A stretch of DNA of 64,000 nt from an uncultured candidate division Zixibacteria bacterium (GTDB taxonomy: Bacteria > Zixibacteria > MSB-5A5 > GN15 > FEB-12), in NCBI GenBank assembly GCA_963664195.1, contig OY760907.1, positions 2,368,001 to 2,432,000 of the forward strand. The letters are read 5' to 3'. Of this stretch, positions 42,321 to 53,650 are shown in pieces; the first letter of the stretch is position 1; each line of letters starts with the position of its first letter. The notes below the pieces were generated by a model. The model was not told where the DNA came from and ran no database searches. It saw only the letters and a list, made by a program, of their open reading frames with translations. The translations under genes and the position numbers were made by a program.

Positions 42321-43478
42321 TCAGTCAATCGGCCTCAGGCCGTCCACTATCGAAGTTCTTACCGCCCGTACAGAGGGGAAGACGGCCGCCAGCAGTCCGA
42401 CAATGGTTGCTGAGGTCATGCCGAGAGCAAGAGTTAGCTGAGTCAGGGGTACCTTTGGCAGGAAGTTTTCAACGCCCGCTTCCAGCAACGGGACCGTCAA
42501 GAACGCCAGCGCCAGACCTATCGCGCCTCCGAGCACTGCTATCATCATCGACTCACCATAGACCAGCCCGATAATGTGCACAGGACGAAATCCGAGCGTC
42601 TTGAGCATCGCATACTCGTTGACCCGTTCTCTGGCTGCCATTGCCAGCGTGTTGGCCATCACCAGCATGATAATCCCGATCACCATGAAGGAGACAATAC
42701 GCAGTCCCATTATGATCTGGCTGGACATCGAAATGAACTCGAGAACAAACTCCTCTTCGGTCTGTGTCTTGGTCTCTGCCAGCGAGTTCACGAAGAGGTC
42801 GTCGATGCGCTCGGCAACTGCTGCATGCTGCGTCGGGTCTTCGATCTTGATCACCATCCAGCCGATCCTGCCTGCGCGACCGGGCGTTTCGGCTTTCATC
42901 CGTTCGTCGAGATAATCCCACCGGAAGAACCAGGTTGACTCGTCGGTGTTTTCCTTTGCGCCGGTGTAGATTCCCCGAATGACAAAATCCCAGTCGCCGG
43001 GATAGATGTCCCCGACAATCCGCACCGCATCACCGACCTTCCAGCCGAACCTGTCGGCCAGTTGTCTGCCTACGATTGCCGCGTTTCGTTCGGTCTGAAA
43101 TGCCTTCCACTGGTCGTCGGGGACGAGAAACTCAGGGTAAAGCTCAAAATACGTCTCTTGATCGATGGCCATTTTGGGAAAGAAGTTCCGTTTGTCGACA
43201 TACACGCCGCCAAACCAGTTGGCGTACGACACTGCCTCTACGCCTTCGACTCCCGCCACTTTGTTTACGTACGACAGCGGGAAATCAAACATGATGTTCA
43301 CCGCGTTTCGAGCTATCAGCCTATCCGGCGCGGAAGCCTCGGTCTGAAGATACCAAGCGTCGATGGCACTCCGAATGACGCAAAAGGCCGTGACGGCAAT
43401 TGCCACGCCAAGGATGGTGAGCATTGTGCGCAGCGAGTGGCGCATTGAGTTGCGAAATATGAGCTTAAGAATCTTCAC
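42321..43478 (-). CDS. ABC transporter permease (MacB/FtsX family)
   Basis: RT.LTILG, WFGG.Y, RER..E.A.LKTLGF. Confidence 0.92.
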   Translation of the reverse strand: MKILKLIFRNSMRHSLRTMLTILGVAIAVTAFCVIRSAIDAWYLQTEASAPDRLIARNAVNIMFDFPLSYVNKVAGVEGVEAVSYANWFGGVYVDKRNFFPKMAIDQETYFELYPEFLVPDDQWKAFQTERNAAIVGRQLADRFGWKVGDAVRIVGDIYPGDWDFVIRGIYTGAKENTDESTWFFRWDYLDERMKAETPGRAGRIGWMVIKIEDPTQHAAVAERIDDLFVNSLAETKTQTEEEFVLEFISMSSQIIMGLRIVSFMVIGIIMLVMANTLAMAARERVNEYAMLKTLGFRPVHIIGLVYGESMMIAVLGGAIGLALAFLTVPLLEAGVENFLPKVPLTQLTLALGMTSATIVGLLAAVFPSVRAVRTSIVDGLRPID

Positions 43479-44154
43479 CGTTGACCAGTTCTCCCTTGTC
43501 GAGGTGGCGGATCAGGTGCGCTTTCTCAGCCGCCCGCGGATCATGCGTGACCATGACGATGGTTTTCCCGAACTCTTCGTTGAGCCGTGACAACAAATCC
43601 ATGATGTCGGCCGCCGACTGTCTGTCCAGATCGCCGGTCGGCTCATCGGCGAGGATCAAATCGGGATCGGTCACCACTGCCCTTGCGATTGCCACCCGTT
43701 GTTCCTGGCCGCCGGAGAGCTGATTCGGATAGTGATCCATGCGGTCCGCCAGCCCCACGATACTGAGTGCCGTTTCGACCTGCTGTCTACGTTCCTTCTT
43801 GTTCAGACGAGTGAGAAGCAGGGGGAGTTCTACGTTTTCAAACGCATTAAGGACCGGCATCAGGTTGTAGAACTGAAACACAAACCCTACGTGCGCACTT
43901 CGCCAGCGCGCCAGTTCCGCCTCGGTCATTTCGGATACGTTGTGCCCGCCTACAATGACTTTTCCGGCCGAGGGGCGGTCTATCCCTGCCAGCAGATTCA
44001 GGAGCGTCGTTTTGCCGGAACCCGAAGGTCCCATCAGAGCCTGAAACTCACCTTCGGGGATGTTAAGATTGATGTCTCTCAGGACCGGGATTTCAAGCCG
44101 GTCGCGATAGTACGATTTGTCAACCTGTTGCACTTGAACCATGTCTTTCGCCAT
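43465..44154 (-). CDS. ABC transporter ATP-binding protein (LolD/MacB type)
   Basis: [26 protein letters not shown]. Confidence 0.96.
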   Translation of the reverse strand: MAKDMVQVQQVDKSYYRDRLEIPVLRDINLNIPEGEFQALMGPSGSGKTTLLNLLAGIDRPSAGKVIVGGHNVSEMTEAELARWRSAHVGFVFQFYNLMPVLNAFENVELPLLLTRLNKKERRQQVETALSIVGLADRMDHYPNQLSGGQEQRVAIARAVVTDPDLILADEPTGDLDRQSAADIMDLLSRLNEEFGKTIVMVTHDPRAAEKAHLIRHLDKGELVNGEDS

Positions 44155-44170
44155 ATCTTATGCGATGCTC

Positions 44171-45361
44171 CTATTTGGATCTCTCGATTTTCTGCCCCGA
44201 CTCCATCTTGCCGGGAGGGGAGACGACGACTTCATTACCGTCCTCAAGACCGCTGAGCACTTCGGTTACAGAACCGAGTTTGCGCCCGATCTCAATCGAT
44301 ACCGCGCTGACGTATTCACCTTCGACACGAAACACAATCTTGTGGCCGTCCCGATTGGTGATCGCGTTGTTCGGTACGACCAGAGCTTCAATCTCTTCTG
44401 CCTTTTCTTTTCCTGCAAGGAAGAAATTGATTCTTGCGGACATCTCCGGCAGAACGCGCTCGTCTATGTTGTCAAAGGCAATCTTGGTGAGTACGGTGGC
44501 GCGGGCGCGGTCGGCTGTGGGAACGATCTTCTTCACATATCCCTGATAGGGGAAGCCAGAGTATGCATCCAGAATGATCTCACACCGTTGCCCCACGGAG
44601 ACTTTGTATATGTACGCTTCGGAAACATCAGCCTCGACTTCGAGTGAGGCCATGTCAGCCATGGTGACTACCGAGCCTTTTGACGACGACGACGAAGCAA
44701 ACGGTGCCACGACCTCGCCGACATCGGCGTTTTTCGTCAGGATGGTTCCGTCGAACGGCGCCCGCACGTACGTGTTTTCGAGGTTCACTTCCTGGACTCG
44801 AACGTTTGCCTGTGCCGCTTGGGCGAGCGCGAGCGCATTCATGTAAGCTGCTTCCGCGTTCTCCAGTATGACATCGGTGATCCCACCCGAACGGAACAGG
44901 TCCTGTTGTCTGCGATACTGCCGCCCGGCATTCAGCGTGTCCACCTCGGTTTGCCGCAACTGCGCCTTGGCGACCTCAAGTGCCGCCTGTATGTCATCGT
45001 TGTCGATTTGTGCTATGATCTCCCCGGAAGAAACCCTGTCGCCCTCCTCGAATCCGAGATACACCAGGCGTCCCGTGCCTTTCGACGCCACTTCCGCTTT
45101 TCGCTGAGCCACCACATAGCCGGTGGCCACAAGCTCGGCGGCAGCATCGGAACCGCGCAGCATCTGCGCACGAGCGGTGCGAACGGAGGTTGCTGAGGCA
45201 ACGGATTCCTTGAATTGCGTATAGGCAATGACGACTACGATTGCTGCTACGATGCCAATCAGCCACCAGAGCCACTTCTTGCTGCGCGGGCGGTCCTGAT
45301 ATTTCTTGGTTTTGTCGATGCGCAATGAGGAAATATCTGTTCTGTTGTTCTGTTCATTCAT
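44171..45361 (-). CDS. Periplasmic adaptor (membrane fusion protein, MacA-like)
   Basis: N-terminal TM, ATGYVVA, lipoyl halves, RAPFDG, EADVSE. Confidence 0.92.
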   Translation of the reverse strand: MNEQNNRTDISSLRIDKTKKYQDRPRSKKWLWWLIGIVAAIVVVIAYTQFKESVASATSVRTARAQMLRGSDAAAELVATGYVVAQRKAEVASKGTGRLVYLGFEEGDRVSSGEIIAQIDNDDIQAALEVAKAQLRQTEVDTLNAGRQYRRQQDLFRSGGITDVILENAEAAYMNALALAQAAQANVRVQEVNLENTYVRAPFDGTILTKNADVGEVVAPFASSSSSKGSVVTMADMASLEVEADVSEAYIYKVSVGQRCEIILDAYSGFPYQGYVKKIVPTADRARATVLTKIAFDNIDERVLPEMSARINFFLAGKEKAEEIEALVVPNNAITNRDGHKIVFRVEGEYVSAVSIEIGRKLGSVTEVLSGLEDGNEVVVSPPGKMESGQKIERSK

Positions 45362-45624
45362 ATTAGGTCTCTGCGTGCAATGCTGGTCGGATTCAGCGAG
45401 TGGCCACTGGTGCTTGTGTGCCGATTACACTTAGGCTCAAGAACAAGTCGGGGGCCTAATGGTTCTTGCGGATTTGTGCTATCGACACCGGGGCCGCTCT
45501 TTCTGTGCCCCATTTACCCGGCCAATATTGTCAGGTAACGAATGTTGAGCAAGTGAAAAACAGGTTAAGGGGATCACATCCGGAGGGTGAGAAACCCGGG
45601 AGGTGAGAGTCAATCAAGTTGCGG

Positions 45625-45708
45625 CTTTTGTAGATCAGGTCTGTCTTCAGACCTGATCTACAAAAGACTGTCCGGCCATTGTCAAAACCGCAGGGTTTTT
45701 GACCTACA
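45625..45708. repeat. GTAG-type REP-like palindromes downstream of the SUF operon
   Basis: Perfect 19-bp inverted repeat CTTTTGTAGATCAGGTCTG-TCTT-CAGACCTGATCTACAAAAG (45625-45666) and minus-strand GTAG-GTCAAAAACC-CTGC-GGTTTTGAC (45680-45708). Confidence 0.65.
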
Positions 45709-45712
45709 ATCC

Positions 45713-46036
45713 CTACCAGATGCCGAGTTGGTCTTTGGCCAGATCGGAGGCCATTTCCTTGGGATCCCAGGGCGGGTCCCAAACCATGATGACCTCGACC
45801 TTTTTCACTCCCTCGACTTTTTCCGCCGCCTTGTGCACCATGGCGATTAGCATCTCCCCGAAAGGACAGGCGGGAGTAGTCAGGGTCAGTTTGACTTTGA
45901 TCTCGTTATCGTCGTTGACATCCACGTCATAAACCAAACCGAGATCGACGATGCCAATTCGGATTTCCGGGTCCTGTATCGGTTTCAGGGCCTCCATGAC
46001 GGCCTCTTTCATATCTGTCTTGTTTGCATCTGTCAT
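45713..46036 (-). CDS. sufT: Metal-sulfur cluster assembly factor (DUF59/SufT)
   Basis: DPE..IVDLGLVY, TLTTPACP, WDPPW. Confidence 0.93.
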   Translation of the reverse strand: MTDANKTDMKEAVMEALKPIQDPEIRIGIVDLGLVYDVDVNDDNEIKVKLTLTTPACPFGEMLIAMVHKAAEKVEGVKKVEVIMVWDPPWDPKEMASDLAKDQLGIW

Positions 46037-46041
46037 GGCTG

Positions 46042-46521
46042 CTACTCCGGATCCTCGGTTGACACGGTGGTTCTTTCGTTGCTGTCGCCGTCTTTGTACT
46101 TCTTCATCCCTTCAACCAGTGTCACCCAAGCCAGCAGGGCACACTTAATTCGCACCGGGAACTGACGGACACCCTGCAGGGCTTCAAGGTCTTCGAATTC
46201 CTCGGGGACCTCATCGGATTCCCCTTTGAGCATCTTCTTGACCGTCTCGGCAAGCTGTTGCACTTCCTCGAACGATTTGCCTTTTACGGCTTCCGCCAGC
46301 ATGGATCCCGACGCTACCGAGATCGCGCAGCCTTTGCAGTTTACGTGGACGTTTTCGAGGATACCGTCTTTCATCTGGACATCGACCTCGATTTCATCGC
46401 CGCACGACGGGTTCATACCGTCGGATTTGATGTCAGCTTTCTCCAGCGGTTTGGAGCCGCGCGGGGCGCGGTAATGGTCGAGAATAATCTCGCGATACAT
46501 GTCGTCAAGTGAAGAGCTCAT
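46042..46521 (-). CDS. sufU: SUF system NifU-family Fe-S assembly protein
   Basis: LDHY..P, NPSCGD, GCAIS.AS, PVRIKCALLAW. Confidence 0.95.
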   Translation of the reverse strand: MSSSLDDMYREIILDHYRAPRGSKPLEKADIKSDGMNPSCGDEIEVDVQMKDGILENVHVNCKGCAISVASGSMLAEAVKGKSFEEVQQLAETVKKMLKGESDEVPEEFEDLEALQGVRQFPVRIKCALLAWVTLVEGMKKYKDGDSNERTTVSTEDPE

Positions 46522-47813
46522 ACGCCGAAATACTTTCTCATCTCAATGAGTGCGGCCACAAGGGCGTCAATATCAGATTCATCGTTATAAACGTACAGGG
46601 AGGCACGGGCCGTAGCAACTTTGCCCAGAATTCTTAGTAGTGGTTGTGCGCAATGATGTCCGGCGCGAACCGCAATACCCCGTGAATCCAGGAAAGTGCC
46701 GATGTCGTGCGGGTGGATTGTCGGATCGGTGAAGGAAATCGCGCCACCGCGAGTCTCGACATCCTGCGGCCCTTGAATCTCAAGTCCGGGCAGCTCGGTC
46801 ATGCGTCTGATGGCGTACGCGGTCAGGTTCTTCTCGTGTCGGTGAATATTGTCCATGCCGAGCTTTTCGAGATACGTCAGGGCGGCATCAAACGCCACCA
46901 CATCGGCGATATTCGGTGTACCCGCCTCGAACTTATGAGGCAACTCGGCCCACGTGACCTTGTCGAACCGGACCTCACGGATCATCTCGCCACCCACGTT
47001 ATACGGAGGCATTTCTTCGAGAAGCTCACGACGGCCGTACAGAACACCCACCCCGGTCGGGCCGAGCATCTTGTGTGATGAGAAGACGTAGAAATCTACG
47101 CCGAGATCTTTCACATCCACGGGCATGTGCGGCGCGGCCTGGGCGCCATCAGCAACAACAACTGCGCCGAACTTCTTCGCTTTGGCTGTCAGTTCCTTCA
47201 CCGGGTTCACTGTTCCCAGCACGTTGGACATATGCGTCAGTGCAAGGATTTTAGTCTTCGGGCCGATTATCTCGTCTATGTTGCTCAGGTCCAGATGGCC
47301 GCACACGGTGATCGGAATACGCTTCAGAACGGCGTTCTTGCGCTTGGCCAGCATGAACCAGGGTATCAGGTTGGCGTGGTGTTCCATCTCGGTGATGACG
47401 ATTTCGTCACCTTCCCTGATGCTCGTCTCACCGTAAGTATTGGCTACAAGATTCAGCGCCTCGGTCGTGCCGGCCGTGAAGATGATCTCCTTTGGACTGA
47501 CTCCACCAATGAACCGCGCCACATGTTCACGGGTCCTTTCATAGGCTTCGGTCGCCCGCCCGGCCAGCGTGTGCATCCCGCGATGGATATTGGCATGGTC
47601 GTTCCGGTAGTATTCCAGCAGGGCGTTGATAACCTCTCGTGGCTTCTGCGAGGAGGCCGCGCTGTCGAGGTACACCAGCTTGTAACCGTTGACTTTCTGG
47701 TCTAGCACCGGAAAGTCAGCCTTGATTGTTTCGACGATCAGCCCCGAGGGTGCGTTATCAACAGACAACGCGCTTTTCTGTATGTCTGAATCCATGTGTA
47801 TTCTCTGGTTCAT
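46518..47813 (-). CDS. sufS: Cysteine desulfurase SufS
   Basis: YLDSAASSQKP, EHHAN, SSHKM, EAGTP, RAGHHCAQP. Confidence 0.96.
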   Translation of the reverse strand: MNQRIHMDSDIQKSALSVDNAPSGLIVETIKADFPVLDQKVNGYKLVYLDSAASSQKPREVINALLEYYRNDHANIHRGMHTLAGRATEAYERTREHVARFIGGVSPKEIIFTAGTTEALNLVANTYGETSIREGDEIVITEMEHHANLIPWFMLAKRKNAVLKRIPITVCGHLDLSNIDEIIGPKTKILALTHMSNVLGTVNPVKELTAKAKKFGAVVVADGAQAAPHMPVDVKDLGVDFYVFSSHKMLGPTGVGVLYGRRELLEEMPPYNVGGEMIREVRFDKVTWAELPHKFEAGTPNIADVVAFDAALTYLEKLGMDNIHRHEKNLTAYAIRRMTELPGLEIQGPQDVETRGGAISFTDPTIHPHDIGTFLDSRGIAVRAGHHCAQPLLRILGKVATARASLYVYNDESDIDALVAALIEMRKYFGV

Positions 47814-47827
47814 CAGGTCCGTAAATC

Positions 47828-48142
47828 CTAGTCTTCGATTTTAACGAAGACATCGCCTTCTTCGACTTTCACTTCATAACTGTCGATCGGTACGATCGCG
47901 GGTGGAGCGGTCACCGCACCTGTCCTGAGATCAAACCTCGCACCATGGCGAGTGCACATAATATCGTTGCCCCGCAGTTTGCCGTCGGATATTGGTGCGG
48001 AGTCATGCGTGCACTCATCGGCTACTGCGAAAAAACCGTCGTCGGTGTGCGCCAGAACAACGCGGTCGTATCCCACTTCGAAAGCCTTTATCATGCCCAG
48101 CGGGATATCATCAGTTCGAGCGACTTTCACGAAGTCGGTCAT
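47828..48142 (-). CDS. Rieske-type ferredoxin
   Basis: CTH...CTRHG Rieske ligands. Confidence 0.92.
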   Translation of the reverse strand: MTDFVKVARTDDIPLGMIKAFEVGYDRVVLAHTDDGFFAVADECTHDSAPISDGKLRGNDIMCTRHGARFDLRTGAVTAPPAIVPIDSYEVKVEEGDVFVKIED

Positions 48143-48144
48143 GC

Positions 48145-49464
48145 CTACTTGTCCTCCAGTCGTCCGGCTACGAATTCGGAGATTCTCACTCTCAAATCCT
48201 CCGGGACCTTGTTGAGAGTTTTGGCTACAAACCCCGAGACGATCATCCGCTCGGCGGCATCTTTCGGAATGCCGCGACTTGCCAGGAAAAACACCATCTC
48301 CGGGTCAATCGGTCCCACCGTCGCGCCGTGCGAGCAGCTTACGTCCTCGTTCAGGATTTCCAACTCCGGGATACTCTCAGCCTTCGTTCCCTTGTTGAGC
48401 AGGAGATTGCGGTTTTCCTGATAGGCCTCACAGGTTTGCGAGGACTCGTCTATCCTGATCAAACCGGTATAGGCTGAGATCGCCCGGTCACGCAGCACTA
48501 CCTTGAAATCGATATTCGAAAGTGTCTGCCCGGCCGCGTGATGATGAAGGGTGTGGTTGTCGAAATGCTGACGGCCGTTACCAAAGAGTAGTCCGTACAT
48601 ATCGCTCTGGGCACCCTTGCCGTTAAGTATCACGCCGAAATTCTGCTTTGACATCGAGGCCCCAAACACCAGCGGCACAGAGAGCATGTGACCACCCGCT
48701 TCGACCCTGCCGCGATGCGTCAGGTACGAATGCATGGCCGTTCCCTGTCGCTGCAACGACACGTAACGAGTGCGGCTGTTCTCCAGACCGAACACTTCAA
48801 CCGCGCCGTTGGAGTATGCGCCGTTCTTGTCGTCACCGAACGATCCGCCGCCGTATTCGTCGATCAACGTCAGCTCGGCGTTTTCGCCAACTACGACCAG
48901 CAGCCGCGGAAATTGGGCAGAGCCGTTTGATCCGGCTGCGCGAAGCAGGTGGATCGGTTTCTCGACAGTCGTGTTTTCCGGCACGTAGACGAAAACACCG
49001 TCGTTCCACAGCGCCCCGTTCATGGCCTCGAACTTACCCATGTCGTTATTGACCAACTGGTAGAGATACTTCTCCACGAGGTCATAATGCGTCTCCACTG
49101 CCTGTGACAGCGAAGATACGACCACACCCCTGGTCGCTGCGTCATCCAGACCGAAAGCATTGATCTCCCGGCCGAGATTGTCGATCACCAGCCCGGCAAG
49201 ATGTCCGTCGGCAAGATGCTTCTTTTCGATTTCCTCAACCTTGACAAAGCCGTCGTCCACGGTTGTGCTGTCCGAGGACTGCTCGAACATGAACTGCCCC
49301 GGGTCAGTGTATCGCCAGAGGTGCAGACCGCGACGGGGAAGAGGCGCTTCGTTGAAGCTGTCCCGGGAGATTTTGCGTCTGTCACGGAGCCAGCGCGGGC
49401 CGCGCTCAAGTTCCGGCAACACCTCCGGGATCGTATATTCTGAATTGTAATTGTCCGTACTCAT
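48145..49464 (-). CDS. sufD: Fe-S cluster assembly protein SufD
   Basis: WRYTD, P.LEI..EDV.CSHGATVG, FFLASRGI. Confidence 0.93.
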   Translation of the reverse strand: MSTDNYNSEYTIPEVLPELERGPRWLRDRRKISRDSFNEAPLPRRGLHLWRYTDPGQFMFEQSSDSTTVDDGFVKVEEIEKKHLADGHLAGLVIDNLGREINAFGLDDAATRGVVVSSLSQAVETHYDLVEKYLYQLVNNDMGKFEAMNGALWNDGVFVYVPENTTVEKPIHLLRAAGSNGSAQFPRLLVVVGENAELTLIDEYGGGSFGDDKNGAYSNGAVEVFGLENSRTRYVSLQRQGTAMHSYLTHRGRVEAGGHMLSVPLVFGASMSKQNFGVILNGKGAQSDMYGLLFGNGRQHFDNHTLHHHAAGQTLSNIDFKVVLRDRAISAYTGLIRIDESSQTCEAYQENRNLLLNKGTKAESIPELEILNEDVSCSHGATVGPIDPEMVFFLASRGIPKDAAERMIVSGFVAKTLNKVPEDLRVRISEFVAGRLEDK

Positions 49465-50898
49465 TTATCCTACTGAACCTTCCATTTCAAGTTCGATCAA
49501 CCGATTGAGTTCAACCGCGTATTCGAGCGGAAGCTCTTTCGTGAACGGTTCCATGAAGCCGTTGACAATCAACAGCCGCGCGTCGTCTTCAGAAAGCCCG
49601 CGACTGGTCAGATAGAACAACTGTTCCTCGGCCACTTTCGAGACGCGAGCCTCGTGCTCCACCCGTACCTGGTCGTTGTCGATTTCCATCGTCGGGTAGG
49701 TATCGCTGCGGGCTTCGCCGCCGATCAGCAGCGCGTCGCATTCAACCGAGACCTTGCAGTTGGTGGCGTTCTTGTGAACCTTCGCCAGCCCGCGATAGGA
49801 GGCCCGACCGTTGTCCTTGGAGATAGACTTGGAAGTAATCCGCGAGGACGTGTTCGGGGCCGCATGGATCACTTTTGCTCCGGCGTCCTGGTGCTGGTCA
49901 ACGCCGGCAAACGCCACCGAGAGAATCTCGCCGCGAGCACCCTCGCCCAGCAACTGAATACACGGATACTTCATGGTGAGACGGGAGCCGAGGTTGCCGT
50001 CGACCCATTCCACCGTCGCGTTTTTGTATGCCGAGGCGCGCTTGGTCACGAGATTATAGATATTCCGTGACCAGTTCTGGATAGTCGTGTACCGAATCGA
50101 GGCACCTTCCATCGCGATCACTTCTACCACCGCCGAGTGCAGTGAGTCAGTGGAGTATACCGGAGCAGTGCAGCCCTCAATATAATGCACGCGGGCACCC
50201 TTATCGGCGATGATCAGCGTCCGCTCAAACTGTCCCATATTCTCCGCGTTAATGCGGAAATAGGCCTGCAACGGAATCTTTACATCGAGTCCCGGCGGGA
50301 CATAGATGAACGATCCGCCCGACCAGACCGCCGTATTGAGCGCGGAATACTTGTTGTCCGATGACGGTATCACCGAGCCGAAGTACTTCTCAACGATGTC
50401 CGGACGTTCTCTCAGGCCGGAGTCCATATCGAGAAAGACCACGCCCATTTCTTTGAGGTCGTCCCGCATCGAGTGATAAACTACCTCGGATTCATACTGT
50501 GCTGAGACCCCGCCGAGAAAGTTCTTCTCCGCTTCCGGGATGCCGAGCTTATCGAAGGTCTTCTTAATATACTCCGGGACGTCATCCCAGCTCTTCTGCT
50601 GGTTTTCGATCGGTTTCATGAAGTAGTAGATGTTGTCGTAGTCGATCTCACCCAGGAGCTTCGTGTTTCCCCATTTGGGGGTCGGCTTGGAGAGAAATAT
50701 ATCGAGAGCTTCGTGGCGACGGTCAGCCATCCACTGCGGCTCCTTTTTCATCTTCGAAATCATCTGGACGACTTCGTGGTTGATCCCCTTTGCCCCTTTA
50801 TGAAAATAGTCCACCGGATCATGAAACCCGTAGCGGGCAGCGTAATCCTGATTAAGTGTGGACAGATCCTTCTTCTGTTCCTTGGCAGCGTCAGACAT
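49465..50898 (-). CDS. sufB: Fe-S cluster assembly protein SufB
   Basis: [44 protein letters not shown]; no intein. Confidence 0.97.
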   Translation of the reverse strand: MSDAAKEQKKDLSTLNQDYAARYGFHDPVDYFHKGAKGINHEVVQMISKMKKEPQWMADRRHEALDIFLSKPTPKWGNTKLLGEIDYDNIYYFMKPIENQQKSWDDVPEYIKKTFDKLGIPEAEKNFLGGVSAQYESEVVYHSMRDDLKEMGVVFLDMDSGLRERPDIVEKYFGSVIPSSDNKYSALNTAVWSGGSFIYVPPGLDVKIPLQAYFRINAENMGQFERTLIIADKGARVHYIEGCTAPVYSTDSLHSAVVEVIAMEGASIRYTTIQNWSRNIYNLVTKRASAYKNATVEWVDGNLGSRLTMKYPCIQLLGEGARGEILSVAFAGVDQHQDAGAKVIHAAPNTSSRITSKSISKDNGRASYRGLAKVHKNATNCKVSVECDALLIGGEARSDTYPTMEIDNDQVRVEHEARVSKVAEEQLFYLTSRGLSEDDARLLIVNGFMEPFTKELPLEYAVELNRLIELEMEGSVG

Positions 50899-50900
50899 AT

Positions 50901-51671
50901 TTACACACCTGCTTTCTGACCGAACGCTTTCTCAACCCATTCGTAGCCCTGGTCCTCAAGCTTGAGTGCGAGTTCCGGGCCGCCGGAGGTCACGAACCGG
51001 CCGTCCATCATGACGTGAACGTAGTCCGGTTTGACGTAGTTGAGCAAACGCTGATAGTGAGTTACCATCAGAATGCCGTTTTCATCGTTGCTGAAACGAT
51101 TGATGCCCTCCGAGACGGTCTTGAGAGCGTCGATGTCAAGGCCCGAATCGGTTTCGTCCAGAATGGCCATCTTCGGATTCAGCATCGACATCTGTAGTAT
51201 TTCAATCCGCTTCTTCTCACCGCCGGAAAAGCCGTCGTTGAGATAACGGGTAGCGAAGGCGGGATCGACGCTGAGCGCTTTCATCTCGGCCTTGAACCGC
51301 TTCCTGAAGTCCGTCATGTCGGCTTCTTTGCCGCGATGTGACTGTAGTGCGGTGCGCATGAAGTTGGCCACGGTCACGCCCGGTATAGCCACCGGGTATT
51401 GGAAGGCGAGGAACATTCCTGCGCGGGAACGTTCGTCGGCAGCCATGTCGAGCAGATTCTGTCCGTCGAGATAAGCCTCGCCGGATGTGACTTCATACAT
51501 GGGATGACCCATCAGGGCATTCGACAGGGAGGATTTCCCCGAGCCGTTGCGTCCCATGATGGCGTGAGTCTCACCCGGTTTGATGGAAAGAGAGACTCCC
51601 TTGACGACTTCCTTGCCCTCTACCGAGACATGTATATTCTTGAATTCTAAGAGAGAATTACTTTCGGTCAT
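50901..51671 (-). CDS. sufC: Fe-S cluster assembly ATPase SufC
   Basis: [35 protein letters not shown]. Confidence 0.97.
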   Translation of the reverse strand: MTESNSLLEFKNIHVSVEGKEVVKGVSLSIKPGETHAIMGRNGSGKSSLSNALMGHPMYEVTSGEAYLDGQNLLDMAADERSRAGMFLAFQYPVAIPGVTVANFMRTALQSHRGKEADMTDFRKRFKAEMKALSVDPAFATRYLNDGFSGGEKKRIEILQMSMLNPKMAILDETDSGLDIDALKTVSEGINRFSNDENGILMVTHYQRLLNYVKPDYVHVMMDGRFVTSGGPELALKLEDQGYEWVEKAFGQKAGV

Positions 51672-52225
51672 TGCGAGTTGTTCCTTTTATCGGTAACGGT
51701 TTCTAGCTGATTATTACGATATCTATCGTTAACGCCATTGTTCAATTCTGTTTCGAGGGCGGTGTCAGCGATTGTCACCATGTCGCCGATCTCGCGAATG
51801 AATCCCTTCTGCTGGCCTACTACCATGTCCTGGAGGTTGGTCTGAGAAAGGAACATCTGAATGTGTCCGGCCAGCCCCGCCAGAGTGTCATGGGCGGAAC
51901 AATGGTCAACGTGCACACACTTTTCGAGTTGCCCGGTGTATTTCTTGCAATGGTTGGGGTCGATCAAAGGACCTCCCAGAGATACCAACACTTCGTAGAG
52001 GCTGATGTCTCTCGGCGGCCGGGCGATCGTAAACCCGCCTGATCGTCCCCGCACCGCGTTCACCAGACCGGCCTTGCGAAGAATCGACAAGAGTTTGGAG
52101 ACATATGGGACTGAAAGCCCCTCCATTTCCGCGATTTCGGATATCGACAACTGCTCTCCGGCACCTCGTCCGGCGAGTGTCAGGAGACATCGAAGTCCGT
52201 ACTCTTCAACTGCCGTTATTCTCAT
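51668..52225 (-). CDS. Rrf2 family transcriptional regulator with Cys cluster (SUF regulator)
   Basis: EEYGLRCL, RGRSGG wing, HC...C.H..HC. Confidence 0.92.
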   Translation of the reverse strand: MRITAVEEYGLRCLLTLAGRGAGEQLSISEIAEMEGLSVPYVSKLLSILRKAGLVNAVRGRSGGFTIARPPRDISLYEVLVSLGGPLIDPNHCKKYTGQLEKCVHVDHCSAHDTLAGLAGHIQMFLSQTNLQDMVVGQQKGFIREIGDMVTIADTALETELNNGVNDRYRNNQLETVTDKRNNSQ

Positions 52226-52298
52226 CGCACCAAATCCCTGTCCAAATACTGTCTTGTTGCGGCCGTCGATTCACAAGAACGTCCACAAATGGCTGACC

Positions 52299-52327
52299 AT
52301 ATTACAAAATCATTACTATCTTGTAAA
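52299..52327 (-). promoter_or_regulatory. Sigma70 promoter of the SUF operon overlapped by an inverted repeat (candidate Rrf2 operator)
   Basis: TTTACA-17 nt-TAATAT; TTACAAAAT-N7-ATCTTGTAA at 52302-52326. Confidence 0.65.
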
Positions 52328-52501
52328 CATTATTCTTACGGAAATAACGGCGTTTTGGCCAAATCGTTCCTTTTTTTCGACAAAATGGCTATTTTCGTTC
52401 CATTTTGGTCCGATTTGGAGCCTTGCGAGCTGTTTTAGCCCGTCGTTCTGCCGGCGATTGAGTTGGTCGAGTGCCCTGTTCGCACGCGGCACAAACTTTT
52501 C

Positions 52502-52530
52502 TTGACTGTGAGGATTAACTCCAGTATTAT
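52502..52530 (+). promoter_or_regulatory. Sigma70 promoter of the manC operon
   Basis: TTGACT-17 nt-TATTAT. Confidence 0.7.
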
Positions 52531-52573
52531 CAGTCAATTAGGTCGATTTTTGGCAGAGAGGACGGGTCTATTG

Positions 52574-53650
52574 ATGTATGGTGTGATACTGGCTGGCGGG
52601 AAGGGTGAACGATTCTGGCCACTCTCGCGTTTAGACAAGCCCAAGCAGTTCCTCAAGTTAACATCTGATAAGACAATGTTGGAGGAGACGATTCTCCGAA
52701 TCGAGCCTCTGGTTCCGCTGCCGCGGGTGCGGATCGTTGCCGGTGAGTCGATGACTGAGCATATCCTGTCAGGGGCAGATTATGTTAGACCGGAGATGAT
52801 CCTGACAGAGCCGAACGGCTGCAACACGTGTCTTGCTATCGGATTGGCGGCCGTACATCTGCAAAGGGAGGACCCCGGAGCGGTGATGGCTGTGCTGTCG
52901 GCAGATCATCTTGTTCGACCGGCAGAGAAGCTGCTCCGCATCATCCAGGACGGTGCCTCGATTGCTTCCAATGAAGATGCGTTGATAACAATCGGCATTG
53001 CGCCTACCCGGCCCGAGACCGGCTACGGATATATCAAACTGGGCGACGAGTTGTCCACTCACCATGAAAGCTCGGTTTTCCACGTGTCCGCATTCGCCGA
53101 AAAACCGAAAGCAGTCGTGGCACAGGAGTACTACTACAGCCGCAAGTATCTGTGGAATAGTGGTATGTTTATCTGGACCGCCGAGGCGTTTCTCACTGCG
53201 CTCTCCAAATACCAGCCGGAGATGTACGAGTTACTCAATGAATATGCCAGCCAGATCGGGACTCCCGGCGAGAAGGAATCCCGGACCGAACTGTACGAAA
53301 AGGCTGTCTCAATATCGGTGGATTACGCCGTGCTTGAACACGCAGATAACGTTCTGGCAATCAAGGCTGATATTATCTGGGACGATGTCGGTAGCTGGGG
53401 TGCCCTTGAGCGGTATAAAGAAATGGATAGCGAGCACAATGTGCTCATCGGCAACAACGTGATTCTGGATACGTTCGAGACTACTATCTACAACGACTCC
53501 GGGGGACTGATCGCCGCACTCGGCGTCTCTGATCTGGTGGTCGTGCGTTCTCATGGAGTTACGCTGGTTGCCCACAAAACGAAACTTGAGCAGATCAAAG
53601 ACCTGCTGAACTTATTGAAAGCAAATGAAGAGGACCACAAGTATCTGTAG
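52574..53650 (+). CDS. manC: Mannose-1-phosphate guanylyltransferase
   Basis: ILAGGKGERFWPLSR..PKQF, EP, ADH, PETGYGYI, EKP, WNSGMF, WDDVGSW. Confidence 0.94.
   Translation: MYGVILAGGKGERFWPLSRLDKPKQFLKLTSDKTMLEETILRIEPLVPLPRVRIVAGESMTEHILSGADYVRPEMILTEPNGCNTCLAIGLAAVHLQREDPGAVMAVLSADHLVRPAEKLLRIIQDGASIASNEDALITIGIAPTRPETGYGYIKLGDELSTHHESSVFHVSAFAEKPKAVVAQEYYYSRKYLWNSGMFIWTAEAFLTALSKYQPEMYELLNEYASQIGTPGEKESRTELYEKAVSISVDYAVLEHADNVLAIKADIIWDDVGSWGALERYKEMDSEHNVLIGNNVILDTFETTIYNDSGGLIAALGVSDLVVVRSHGVTLVAHKTKLEQIKDLLNLLKANEEDHKYL

Noticed and set aside
41144..52225. MacAB-type exporter and SUF operon as novel systems
   Set aside because: Ordinary composition and order; SufB has no intein
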